From Epiperipatus broadwayi (Eukaryota; Animalia; Onychophora), in NCBI GenBank assembly GCA_028023455.1, contig JAQFVV010000003.1, positions 23,622,001 through 23,686,000 on the forward strand: DNA of 64,000 nucleotides. Reading direction: 5' to 3'. The position numbers and the translations under genes are program-made. The notes beneath the pieces are model-generated. The model ran no database searches and had not been told where the DNA came from. It saw only the letters and a list, made by a program, of their open reading frames with translations. Shown piece after piece: positions 13,166-25,535 of the stretch. Numbering within the stretch: the stretch's first letter is position 1; every line of letters begins with the position of its first letter.

Positions 13166-14416
13166 TAAATTAGTAATAAAAACTATTTAATACTTTAATT
13201 AAAAATAATATTTATGATCATCTTTGTGGATATTACTTTGTTTTGTATAATTATTTGAAATCTTCTAATTTTTTTTAAAAAGAAAGTACTTTAAGTCTGC
13301 AAAATGTTTTTATTTTGATGTAAAAATTATTTCAAATTTTTTTTTTTAAAAAAGGAATTATTGAATAAATGTATAATTATCATCTGTCTGTTTGGACTCA
13401 TTTATTTATAAAAAATGGTCATATGGTTAAAAATAATTCCAAGAGATAATCCATTTCAATGTATATATTTAAAAGCTTTTGTTTCATGTAGATAATATAT
13501 GCATATATCAGGAGTTAAAATGGGCCAGAAGGCAATGTGTATGAAAACAGTGATAGTTAGCTGGAAGCACTTTGTATGATCAGGCTCTGAATCCTTATTT
13601 GCATTTCTAACAATTTATTTAATAGAAATCAAACAATCTGATTGTCTTCTTCAAGTATTAAATATAGTGACTTGGACAGCTTTATCATGAGATTTTTTTC
13701 TCTTCCCATCATGGCCCTTTGTATAATATAGCTTCAAACTGAACATTTTGGCAGAGAGGTTTTACTTTATGATGTTTTCAGAAATATTCAAGTTATTAAT
13801 GGTTTAACTCATATATTTCCTTATATCAGCTAAATTTTATTTTGAAGAACATGAGGTCATTTCTTATGTTTTACTGTAACATCTGATTAATAACAATTAT
13901 TGTATTCTTGAACAAAGAGAAAGAGAGGTTGATATCTTCCATGACATTTCTAAAAAATTCTCTTAGATTTTTTTTTTTCATATGAAATGGCCTAATAGTT
14001 ATTCTAATTTTTTTTAAATGTTGCAGGATTCCTTCTTATATAGAATACAAATAGTAATAGTTTTCAAGAGTTATTATTATTTATCTATTCTTTATAGCTA
14101 TATCTGCTAATTCGTTTCAAGTCACAACCCCTTTTTATAATAGTCTACCAACCTGCCATCTTCTAACCTACTTGCCTAAAAAGTCACTTTTAATAGGATA
14201 GTTAAAAATGGATTTTTATAACACAAAATTTACATATTAGAAAATTGTTCTTTTTAAAAAATTATATCATTCTTTTAATTTTATATCTACTATAGTTAAT
14301 TTGATAATTATTAATTATTTTATTTTTCTGCAACTTTTATTAGTAGTATTTTTTAATCAATTAAAGTAATTTTTATGAACCTATTCATTCAGTATACTGA
14401 ATGTCTACTATAGTAA

Positions 14417-14726
14417 AGAAGGATTTGAACTTAGATTTTCAGTCTACATTCACCCTCCACTCTGTCTCAAATAACTGATACACATGACCACACACATGTG
14501 AAAAAGATAAATAATGCCCAATATATGCATTTCATACACACACACACACATATATATATATGTAGAAGATTATGACCTGGTCTAACTAGTGAGTATTGGC
14601 TCTATACGAAATACGTATATTGGGAATCATTTATCTTTTTCACATGTGTATGGTCATGTGTATTGGTTGTTTGAGATGGAAATGGAGAATGAATATAGAC
14701 TGAAAATCCTAAGTTCAAATCCCTCT
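14417..14726. repeat. Family D fold-back (about 125-bp arms) with central hammerhead remnant
   Basis: Left arm GGATTTGAACTTAGATTTTCAGTCTA...CACATGTGAAAAAGATAAATAATGCCCAATATA is the reverse complement of the right arm. 14582-14623 reads CTAA CTAGTGA GTAT-TGGCTCT-ATAC GAAA TACGTA TA TTGG. Confidence 0.75.
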
Positions 14727-15416
14727 ATTTATTAAAGTAATTGTTGTTTCTTTTTTAAAATCAATAATATATTTAAAAAATAATTTGATAAAATCTTTCT
14801 CTGCATAGCTATTGTATTGCAACTTATATTATAACACTTATTATTCATCTTAGACTTTAAAATATATATTTTTAAAAATTTATATACAAAATTAAATAAT
14901 ATTTTGAGGGCATATTATTTTTCTGCAGCAGATATTTGAAAAAATATTTAGTCTGCTCCAATAATTTACAATGTTTAATATGTATAAAAATGATGGACTT
15001 ATAGTATTTTTAAGTATCAACTGCAGTTAATCTTAAGGCATTTTCTTTTACTTACCAAATATAAATATCACAAACATTAGTAAAATATTTCACTGTAGCT
15101 ATGTTGAAATAAATAAAAACATACAGCAGTGAAAATATTAATAAAAGTTATAAATTTTTTCTTCACAACCACAATTTTGCTTTAAACAAATAGACCTTTT
15201 TAAGTGAAACCTATTAAATCAAAATGTTCATATAAATATGCACATGTAAGAAATCACAATTCATAACAAATGGCAATTATTCACAACATTAAGAGTTCTC
15301 ATAACATTGATAGCTTCAGATCCAATACGATTAATCAAAAGAATCTTTTTAATACTTCTTTTATTTCAATTGCATTTATAAAAGACAAATTTGCATCATC
15401 AAACAATAGTTTATAT

Positions 15417-15510
15417 AAACAGGCAAAACTCTCCATACAGTAGTGCCATTCAGTGCAAGCCAGAGTAATCAATGGATGCCAGAAGCAAGCATAAGAAATG
15501 GTAATCATGT
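15417..15510. repeat. Family C partial copy
   Basis: AAACAGGCAAAACTCTCCATACAGTAGTGCCATTCAGTGCAAGCCAGAGTAATCAATGGATGCCAGAAG followed by the inverted terminal segment AAGCATAAGAAATGGTAATCATGT. Confidence 0.7.
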
Positions 15511-17729
15511 AATATTGTATATAATGATCAGTATTCTATTCATAATAAATAAGTATTGAATATCTTCTTGGTGAAATTTTTTTTAAAAAAATTGTAACTA
15601 AAAAATATCCAGGTTCACATCCAGAAATCATTTTGTGAATTCATGGGAAATCACAATCTTCATGTTGCAAACCCTGGTCACCATAGTATTATTATGTGCC
15701 TCAAGTTCATACTGATCATTCTGTCTGATTTTTTCAGATTGCTCAGTGGTAAATTTATCACAGTGATGATAAAGTTATTCATCTTACTACTGGTTAATCT
15801 TTTTTTTATCATCAACTTTTTCAAACATTAAATCTTTTTCTAATGAACCACACCATTCTGTGACCAAAATAGAACAATTTTAATCTCATCATTCGTGTTT
15901 AAGTCTTCACTAGCATCATGAAATACTTTCCTTTTTCCCCAGAAAAGTATATGGATAGAATGAATATTGAACCAGAAATAACACGAAGTTTTTTTCTATC
16001 TTTGTTATATTGGCAATAATAAGCTGCCATTTATATAAGTGTGTGTATATGTATATTTGAATTCTTATACACATCAGTATAAGAAAAAAAAAATCATTAT
16101 TTATCTGCAGATACGTATAGAATAATTAAATACTGTAGCTATTTAAATCCCACGTTTATTAAACACACACACATATATACACAGACATTTTATATTGGCA
16201 TATTGTTGTAGATGATAAAGTAATTATATATCTTAAAAATAAAAACTGCATAGACTTGCTGACATGTTATTTTATTTATTACATAGTGTAATTATATATC
16301 GATCCTGTATATGCTTCAAATAAAAACTGGTTTCAACACTTGAAAACTTGGAAAACTAGAACTTGTTGAAATAAAATTTCATATCACCCCAAATCTTAAG
16401 GAAATTGATACACATGTACATGTATTCTGTCTAAATTAAATGTAGTTACGTCACAGACACCTTTTATGATTCATTCAAAAAAGTAAAAAAAAAGACAGAA
16501 AACTTACATCAAAACAAACTTTTTCAGAGAAGTATGAGAAATAAAATCTTTTTTTTACTAATTTTAAGTCTTAAAATTGTAATTATTAACTTCTTTGACA
16601 AGATAATGGAATATTTATGAAAACGTCAAAACTAAATGAGTCGTCACTGCGACAAGACTTACTAACTTACTGAGAAGAAATGCCAAATTATATATGAAAG
16701 AAAAAAAAATCAAATGTTTAATTCTTTTATTAAATTGATTTGTTTCCATAATCTTTCAACCACTGACATGATTTCTAAGCTTTTTGCTATGGTTATAATA
16801 AAATATAAAATTCTTACAAAACCATTGGTGATACTCTTTCTAGCTTACAGGTATTTAAAATTTTTTTTTTGAGGACAGGCTGGGTAACCAGGCAATAAAA
16901 ATCAATGACACACAATCATTTTGCCATTGTTTGCTACCCTTTAAACATAATTTATTCTAGCACCTTAATTTTATAGCTGCAACATTAATGCCTCTCTTGT
17001 TAAGAGAGTATTCTGTTTACAAATAAAATTAAAACATTTTTTAAATAGGCCACTCTTAAGTAAAGGTTTTTTCATCATCCTTAACCCCTTAGAATAATAG
17101 TGAAGGCATTAGTCACCAAATTTCCAGAATTCTGGTTGATGGGGATTATAATCTTTTGTAAAATATTACTCAGTGATTATCTGAGTTAGATGTGGGATAT
17201 CTACATGAAAGATAACATTCTCTCTTTCTTTGGAACCTGAACGGATTTTCAAAATGTAAATAGGCATATTCGAATCCTAAATTATGGCTCATGGCAAGCA
17301 TACATGCTATCACTATGATATGAGACCTCATAAGTATTCATATAAAGTGATAACTCATATTAAAGCATTTTATTGTGGAGATACATATACACATTTATAC
17401 ATAAAAGCTCTGTTTGCATATTTTAAACATTGATTTAGAGAGAAAGAACGATAACTCTTTTTCAAGTATTTACTACTCCAGATATAATGCATAAAAAAAA
17501 CGATGTTGGGATTTATCCATCTCAGTTATTATTAATCTTAATCATTAACTAGGTTCTAAGCAATTCTTTTTTAAAATCATTTCATAAAATATAATATTTA
17601 CTTAGATTAATTTTTTTAAATGGAACAGGACTACCCTGGTTAATTTTAATTTCAATTAAAAATTTATTTAGATAAAACACACTGAATAATAATTGATTTT
17701 CATAATAAAGCAACAAAAGCATATAATAA

Positions 17730-17828
17730 GTCAAGCGTTGGTGGCCTAGTGGTTAGCATAGTTGCCTTCCGAAGCAGCTGGCCCGGTCCGCTTCCCAGTC
17801 AACGCATTTGACATATATATATATATAT
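17730..17828 (+). mobile_element. tRNA-Gly(TCC) retrocopy / SINE (non-functional as tRNA)
   Basis: 17735-17806 GCGTTGGTGGCCTAGTGGTTAGCATAGTTGCCTTCCGAAGCAGCTGGCCCGGTCCGCTTCCCAGTCAACGCA closely follows eukaryotic tRNA-Gly(TCC), but has an 8-nt anticodon loop and a damaged T-arm. (TA)n tail. 13-bp TSD AAGCATATAATAA (17717-17729 / 17829-17841). Confidence 0.85.
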
Positions 17829-19000
17829 AAGCATATAATAATTATTTTTGAAAAACAGTTTTTTGGTTTTGTTTTAGTAGCAGTGGCTTCCACATACAAA
17901 AGAGTATAACCATTTTAATTGAAAGAGGAAAAAAACAAAACAAAATAATAATAGTATTACACTAGAGATGAGATTGCTATAACTATGCAAACTCAGCTGC
18001 AAAACTAAAAAACGTTTATAATATAGAATATGCAGGTTCAAATACTTCAACACTATCTAATTGTAATTCTCCAATGCATTCTGTTCTCTATTCCATCTTC
18101 CCAATGAAAACAATACTTTTTTAGAATGTTACAATTTTTATAGCATAAATGCATCGATATTTACATTGAAAGTTATGCCTAAATTTGTCATAAAATAATC
18201 TTTTGTGAAGAGTCTTAAAGATTTTTTTTTAATATTTTAAATGCAATCTTAACTTCGTCATGTATTAGTTTAAATATTATTATAGCTTTTTAGATGGAAA
18301 GGTGGATGTAGATGTTGAGATTAATGTAGATTACAATATTCTAATGATTTTAACAGGTTAAAGATATGATATTTCATTGTATTAATAATGTTATATTAAC
18401 TAAATTATATACATATAGGCTTTTATTCTGCCATATTTATTATTATTTGGAAGTGAGATATGGACTACTTGTTTTCCTTTCACATAAAAATATTGAGTAC
18501 ATTTTATTTAGGAATATTTTATTTATATTTATTTATGTTTCTTTCATACTTGCATTAATTAACTATCATGATTTTCTTATGCTGCTCTTGAGACTATGTT
18601 ATTGATCTAATACAACTTTTGATTTTTCTATATACATGGATTGCATACCACATTTATATGTATACATTGAAACTTTCTTATTGATATAATTTTATCCTAT
18701 CATTGATTTTTTTTGTATCCACTCTAATGTGTAAATAAAGTTTTAATTTTTGAAAGTAAGGTTATACGATAATATGGGATTTATAATTGCTCATTTTTGT
18801 AACATTAGATTACAAAGCAGAAGAGCAACAGAATTCTTAAAAGAATGTTTTATAATGATCTCCTGTATGGTTTTTTCCCCCTATAGACATGGACACTATT
18901 TACATTACAAAAATAATCTTAAAAACACTTAAGAGATCAATTTCTTTGAATAATTTACAAGTAACCAGGCATTCCCCCCAAAGATTTGTGTGTATTGCTT

Positions 19001-19290
19001 TCAGACTTTCGCATGACTCTCAACTATCCATATATCTCATACTGTTGACACACTTGATCACACACATGTCAAAAAGATAAATAATTACCACTATATGTAT
19101 TTTGTACTAAACAAGCTGAGCATTGACTGTATATATGTGTTTTGATGATAATCTGGACCAACTGATGAGTGCTAGTTTAGTGATTATTTATCTTTTAAAC
19201 ATGTGTGTGATCAAGGGTGTCAGCAGTATGAGATAGAGTGGATAGTTGAGGGTCATGTGAAAGTCTGAGTTCAAACCTCCTATGTATTAC
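19001..19290. repeat. Family D fold-back (about 88-bp arms) with split hammerhead halves
   Basis: TCAGACTTTC.CATGAC.CTCAACTATCCA...CACACATGT..AAAAGATAAATAAT is inverted around the spacer. GACCAA-CTGATGA-GTGCTAGTTTAGT lies at 19156-19181 (+) and TTTAGTAC-AAAA-TACATATA-GTGG on the minus strand at 19088-19111. The same family end (GTCTGAGTTCAAA.C...TATATTACATAT) occurs at about 48595-48627. Confidence 0.75.
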
Positions 19291-20137
19291 ATATTGGAGT
19301 GCAGGTATGAAAAAGCCTGTACTGTAGAAAAAAATTCATATATTTAATGATTTTCATGGACTTATAGTTATAAACATTAAAATGCAATGAAGAATTTCCA
19401 TGTAAACAACCATCTTCTAGAGAAGTTGGTGTACTTGAAATTTTTGCACACATGAAGTATCATATATGAATTATTTCTTTCATAACAGCTAAATTATTAT
19501 TATTTACATTTTTTTCATATATATATTTATCATATTTTATAATTTTTGAAACTTTTTTTTTTTGTGAAAAATTATAACAGCAAGCTCTTATTTGTCCTAG
19601 CAGATCTGTTGACTGAAGCCAATGTGGTGCTTCCAAAATTTTTGCTCTGAATATTTTTTCATATCACTTCTTTGTCATATATGTAAACCCTAGTTGAAGC
19701 AATTTTTTAAATTGAAGCCACTTAGTAATAAAAAGTTTATAACAGGAAACAACACTAGTGAGATGCAACAGCAACCCAAAAATATTCATAATAGCATATA
19801 TTTTGTCTTATATGAATTATACTTGGATTAGTTAACAAGAATTTATTCAAAAATACAATACATATTGTTTTTAAACATTCACTGTATATTAAAAAAAACA
19901 TAAATAGAAAAAATTACAATTTTTATGCCTTACTATATTATTGTATTTCATTTTAAAAATTAAAAATTTTTGTATTTAATGATAGACAAAAATGTTTGTT
20001 ATTGGGTATGTTTTTTTTAAATATTATTAATACATGATCATGTTACACATTTATTCTATAATTGACCCTTCCCTCCCCATTGAATATAACTATGAAAATG
20101 TACTAGTTATATTTCATCGAGAGATATTAACAAACAT

Positions 20138-20628
20138 GTTGTGTTTTTATGTTGGACTATTTCTATCATCTAATATGCATATTGAATGTCTTTAAAAAAA
20201 TTTAACTTTATGTAAATATTCCAAATACATTCAACTGTTAATAATAGCACATTAAATAGGTTAGTATATGCACAATGTTTTGAGAGGTATTGTTCTCCCT
20301 TCTTCTTTAAGTGTTTCTGGCAGGATGGCTCAATTGGTTAGAGTGTTACCTTAAAATTCAATAATCAAGAATCTAAGGATCCAGGTTCAAATCCCATGCT
20401 AGTACTGTCATTGGTCAGGCCACTTAAAGAAGAGGGGAGAATAATATCTCTCGAAACATTGTGCATATATTAACCTGTTTGATGTGCTATTACTAACAGT
20501 TGAATGTATTTGGAATATTTAAGTAAAGTTAAATTTTTCTAAAGACAGTCAACACTCATATTACATGATGAAAATAGTCCAATATAAAAATACAACTAAA
20601 ACATCATCATCACAAACCTTCAGAAAAA
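20138..20628. mobile_element. Family A non-autonomous PLE-derived fold-back: inverted arm - tRNA-like core - arm
   Basis: 20138-20313 is the reverse complement of 20421-20596. The spacer carries A-box TGGCTCAATTGG (20326-20337) and B-box GGTTCAAATCC (20384-20394). The sequence matches the 3' repeat of the PLE at 26638-27066. Confidence 0.85.
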
Positions 20629-23600
20629 CATTAACAAATATATATATTATAAATGCCAGTCTATGTAATTGAAGAATGTAATGGTTATTGCTATTGTAGG
20701 TCTTGCTTTTTCTTTAAAGATGGGACAAATATTTTTCTATTTAGTTTAATAGATTGTATGTATATAGAAATTATCATAGTATTAAGTCACATTTTAATGA
20801 TAAATTTATATGTAATAGGGTAAGAAATTAAACAGCTTTAGTCAATATATCTGAGATTGATATTAACTATAGAAAAAAGTTTAATTGCTCTCTTCTCTTT
20901 TTCACTGCATGCCTTTGTGTTGAAATCTTTAAAACAAAAATATACTGAGAAACATAGTAAAAGACAATATTGCAAATATTAAATAGATCTAAAGGCCAGC
21001 TCATGATATATATATATATGAACATATTTGAAGTGTTTGGATTAGTTTATTATGGACATTGCAAAATTCATCTTTTAAGTATTTATTCTTTTTTTCTTCT
21101 GAAGTTTTATTTATATGTATAACAGTCAATAATTATTTAAAATAGTTAACCTTTTTTTTTTTTTGCTTTAATTATGTTATTAACCTATGCATTAAAAAAT
21201 GTTATCAATATATATTTTATTTAAAATTTACATAAAAAGTTTTGTAAAAAAAAATAAGTGCATTATAAATTTATTAAATATTTTAGGAAAGTTTGCAAAA
21301 GATTATCCTTTCATTAAAGTTCCACCTAAAGTTCAATAAAATGGGAAGTAAGCTATCAGATTATTTTAAATCATAGATAAGATTTCCTTTTAACCCAAGC
21401 AAAACAAATTACATATTTATGGTTTTATATTTATTCAACACTATGCACTTTGCATTCATTAGGACTGTGGTAGATTTACTGTTCATTTTGTTTATATTTC
21501 AGTAATATAGCATTAGTTTAATAGATTTTATATATGTAAAACTTCCCATGCTTTACTACATATCATCTCTCTTACCAACAGAAAATTATCTTTAAGTCAC
21601 TATGCTCATTCTGAATCAGTTTTTATTTGAAATCTTTCATAACTGATATAATTATTTAGAATCAGAGTGGGGGCACATTTTGAAGAAGGGATTATTCAAA
21701 TATATGGCAGTCTGTGATGATGAAAATAATAACCATGGAACATTTTCTCATTGATATTATTAAATACAATTGTTTAGTGACATATTGATGTTAGACATAA
21801 TGTGGATTTTCTACAATTCAGTAGTTTTTGAGAGTGAAGAAGGACTAATGACTTTTAAGAAATGCCCACATAGATTGGCATAATAATAAAAAATGAAAAC
21901 ATGAAATAATAACAATCAATCCTTAAGCTATCAACACTTTACTGCTTGGTAATTATGATGCAGAGCTGTGACTTTTAGCTTTTGAGTTTGTTATTCTATC
22001 CTGCATAATGAGAGTGAAGGAACCAAAAATTAAAAATTTATGAATTGATTATCTGCTGAAGAAAATGTAAAAAAAAAAAGTTTCATTTGTCCAAATTGAT
22101 AGAAATTGTCCATAACCTGTTCACTTGATGTAAAAATGTCAGTTGACTTAAAACTAATCATAACTATTAATTATTTACTTACTTTTATGAGTCTAGGGGT
22201 GAATCTATTAATCTATTTTTAAGTTGAGCTCCATTCTATCATTCCCAATTTTTAATAAGAAATGTAGTCATATTACTTTAAGCTATGAATATCATATACT
22301 TGATTTATTGAAGGCATGCTAGGCAGTAATAAAGCTAATATTTTTTTAAAATGTACATTTTTTGCAAATGTATTCATTATTCAGAAAAGAAGAAATAGTT
22401 GAATTAATAAGAAATTGCAAATGAGTGTCATATAATTCTAAGGACTTTAAGTATGAATAAAACAATATAACAAATTTTATCTTATATTGTAACATTTATT
22501 CTTGTTGAACTGCTGTTTTGGAGACACCACCTACAAAAAACATTGAAGTAGAAGGCAGATTAACCAGGTTTTCTAAGTGCTAGGTTGTGAGGATTTGAGC
22601 TTTTTGCATGCTTGTTTTTTCCTTTAGCTAAGAATAACAGCACAGTAGTTAAGAAACTAATTTATTTTTAATTTAGTTTATTCTAAATGGATTATTTTTA
22701 TATAACATATCTTCATTATCACAATGATTATTAGCAACTTGCAAGGTACCCATAACTCATAAATGTTTATAAGTTTAGATTGTCTGTTTTACAAACTTTT
22801 TATTTAATATAATAGACACATGCTGATTGAGCGAATGTGGAATAGTTGGTTGAGATTAAATAAACGGTATTTATTAATTTATAGGAGATCTCTTTTCCAA
22901 CTACTTGGTTGGCATAACCTCCAAATTTTTTCTTTGGGCATATACAGTACTCATATACTTTTGCATGTAAAAAAAAACTTTACAAAGTTTACAGTCAGAT
23001 CCGGATATGTAATTAAAGGATGAAAATGGTGATGCTCTGACATACACATTCATTATTGCTGTTAGTGCAGAAAAATAATGGATGGTAAGAGAAGTTCATA
23101 ATGATTAGAGTCTTTACTAACCTAAATAAATAAAGACAGCAATATAAGAAAAAAAATCTTACACTGTAGTACAACATGAAATGATTTTGGTTGAGCCCTT
23201 CTTATTTGCTACACATAGTTAATCTTTATATATAAAAGTCATTTCATTCTGCATTAACTGTGATTCTTATAGGAAACTTACCTTGCTACATACATAAAAT
23301 ATTAATAGTAATGAGGCAATTACAATAAAATCACTGTCGTCACTATATTTGGTTTAAAGTTCTTAGCAGATAGTAGCAATGTTTTATTTACAATACTGTA
23401 AGTCATACTGCCTGCACCTCCTAAGATACAATTTAATTTAAAAGTTACAATTCAGTTATAAATTAAGATTATCAATAAAAATATATATATTTAAAAAAAA
23501 TACAATAATATGAATTAAGTCAGCGGAATAATAAATTGAGATAATATATTTGTATACATATATATTAGTATGTGTGTGTTTATTTGGTCACAATCCCTCA

Positions 23601-24081
23601 AAAAATAAAAGAACAGATCATTGATCTTCTAATGTTGTTAATATGTCAAATTTTTATTACAGTAAATTGAAGTAGGAGATTCATTATTAAGAATGCAATA
23701 TCTTCAATAGTTTTGCTGTTTTAAAATTTTTTATTTTCCGAATCTATACAACCAAATCCGGTCTGCAATAAAAAGTTTAAAATCACTCTTATCAGTAGAT
23801 TCTTAGCCAATTCTTTATACAGGCTTAAACCTTTCTAAGGTAATATAGGCTGATCTACTGAAACATTCTTCATGTTTATATCATCCACCACAAATTCAAA
23901 GACTTTTCAGTTTTAGCTAAAAAAAAAATACCACATTCTGTGTTTCTGTGAAAATAAGCTCAAGCATAATATTTCAGAATGTTCATAACATAAGCCTTAT
24001 TCTAAATATATTCCTGAATTAAGATTGTTAGCCAAACAAACAGATTTTGTTTGTCCATTGAAACACCAGATGTATTTAATA

Positions 24082-24870
24082 TATGAGGGGTGACCAAAAA
24101 AAAAAAAAACAAATACAACTTAATAATGAAAAATTGTATATATATTTTTAGGTGTTGCAAATTGACTCTCATTCAAAGTATAGTCTATTTAATGCAGTGC
24201 ACCAATCTAAACCAGTTTGTCACCTTTTGAAGTAGTCCAGAAACATTTGCAAAATGACGCCTTTTAATGCCTCCATTGTGTTTTTCTTCATCACTTTTAC
24301 GTCTGTAAAAAAAAAAAAGACATTTTTTTTCATTTGAGAGATTAAAAGAAAGTCGGATTGAGCAAATATGGTGGATGGATAAGCTAGGTCATGCTGAATT
24401 GAATTAAAACATGTTTCACACTCAAGTCTTATGTCTTAGCATGCTGTCATGATAAAACATTCAGTCCTCACTTTGCCACAAAATGGGGCATTTATATTTT
24501 ACCACATCACACAAAAGTTTCAGAACTTATAGATTTTAAATGTCTGATTGTTACAAACAAATTCTGAATGGCAATGCCATTGGCCTCTAAAAAAATCAGC
24601 ATTGTCTTTATATTTGACTTCACTTGTCATACTTTTTGGGATGTGATGAATTTAACACTTCCATTAAACCACTCGCAAACTTGTGTTTTTCCAGAGCAAT
24701 TTGCTGCTTGAAGCAATACAACTATTTTCCTTGCTATTTCCCCCCAAAAAAAATAATTTCACTTGTTCCAACTTTTCACTCATTACAAAAATCGACAAAT
24801 ACATGAAATGCATTTTACAAAAAATGTGCCACTGAGACCGATTTCACATGACATTTGGCATATATGGGTG
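24082..24870 (-). mobile_element. Decayed mariner (Tc1/mariner) DNA transposon with internal deletions
   Basis: TA followed by TGAGGGGTGACCAAAA at 24082 (mariner-type TIR start). Minus-strand remnants MSEKLEQ...KTQVCEWF (N-terminal HTH) near 24780-24660 and KNTMEALKGV...W...CI...DYFE (C-terminus) near 24290-24170. The second TIR was not found. Confidence 0.6.
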
Positions 24871-25535
24871 CAGAAGCATCCCACAAGAGGTATAAAGAAG
24901 CAGAAGCATGCACTACAACAGATATCAAAATAAAGATTGAAAATAATAATTATGCATTTTAAATTAAATCTTTATTGATGTTACCATCATACATCATTAG
25001 CAACAGCCAATCACAAATCAGTATAGCCATTTTAATTCTAGAAGACAACACCTAAAAGATAAAGAATAAAAGTTGTAAACAATTATTGGAGTTAGAATTG
25101 CTGTGCATGTAATTAAAGGATAGAAACAAACAGAAAATATAACAGACAAATGATTATCAAGCCTTGTATTAATAATCCAAATGACTAAAACAGTAGTGCA
25201 ACAAGAAATGGAGAACATCATTCCCATAAAGAATTATAAAAATACATGAACTTATATCTAAATAAAACCACCCACCATATTTGTTGAGAGTTGATTGCGA
25301 TAAATAAACATGTACTAAAAATATATCATATAGTATATATATATCATTAAAAACCAGCCAACACTTAGACAATCCCAATATCAATAATAATCTACAATTT
25401 CAAACTGTTGTCAAGGCAACCCCCTTTTAACAATAAATATGGAATCCCATATATATATAAGCTATACATTCATGTGTGTATAAAACTTATGTTTTTAATT
25501 ATTAAAACTTTTATCTATAAACACACATCTATAGA

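Noticed and set aside
13690-13810. SHHG...AERFYF resembling a Gypsy integrase zinc-finger region
   Set aside because: Requires several frameshifts; similarity is too weak.
17870-25052. Apparent paralogous mini-exons (S)RIKMAILICDW / SIKMVILFCMW / SRIKVMILLADM at about 25020, 17900 and 10690 (minus)
   Set aside because: The nucleotide match is only about 27 bp in AT-rich sequence, within chance expectation for a window this size, and the splice sites are inconsistent.
25018-25384. Hydrophobic minus-strand ORFs suggesting a 7TM receptor fragment
   Set aside because: Hydrophobicity is expected from T-rich codons, and part of the ORF is a family B repeat.
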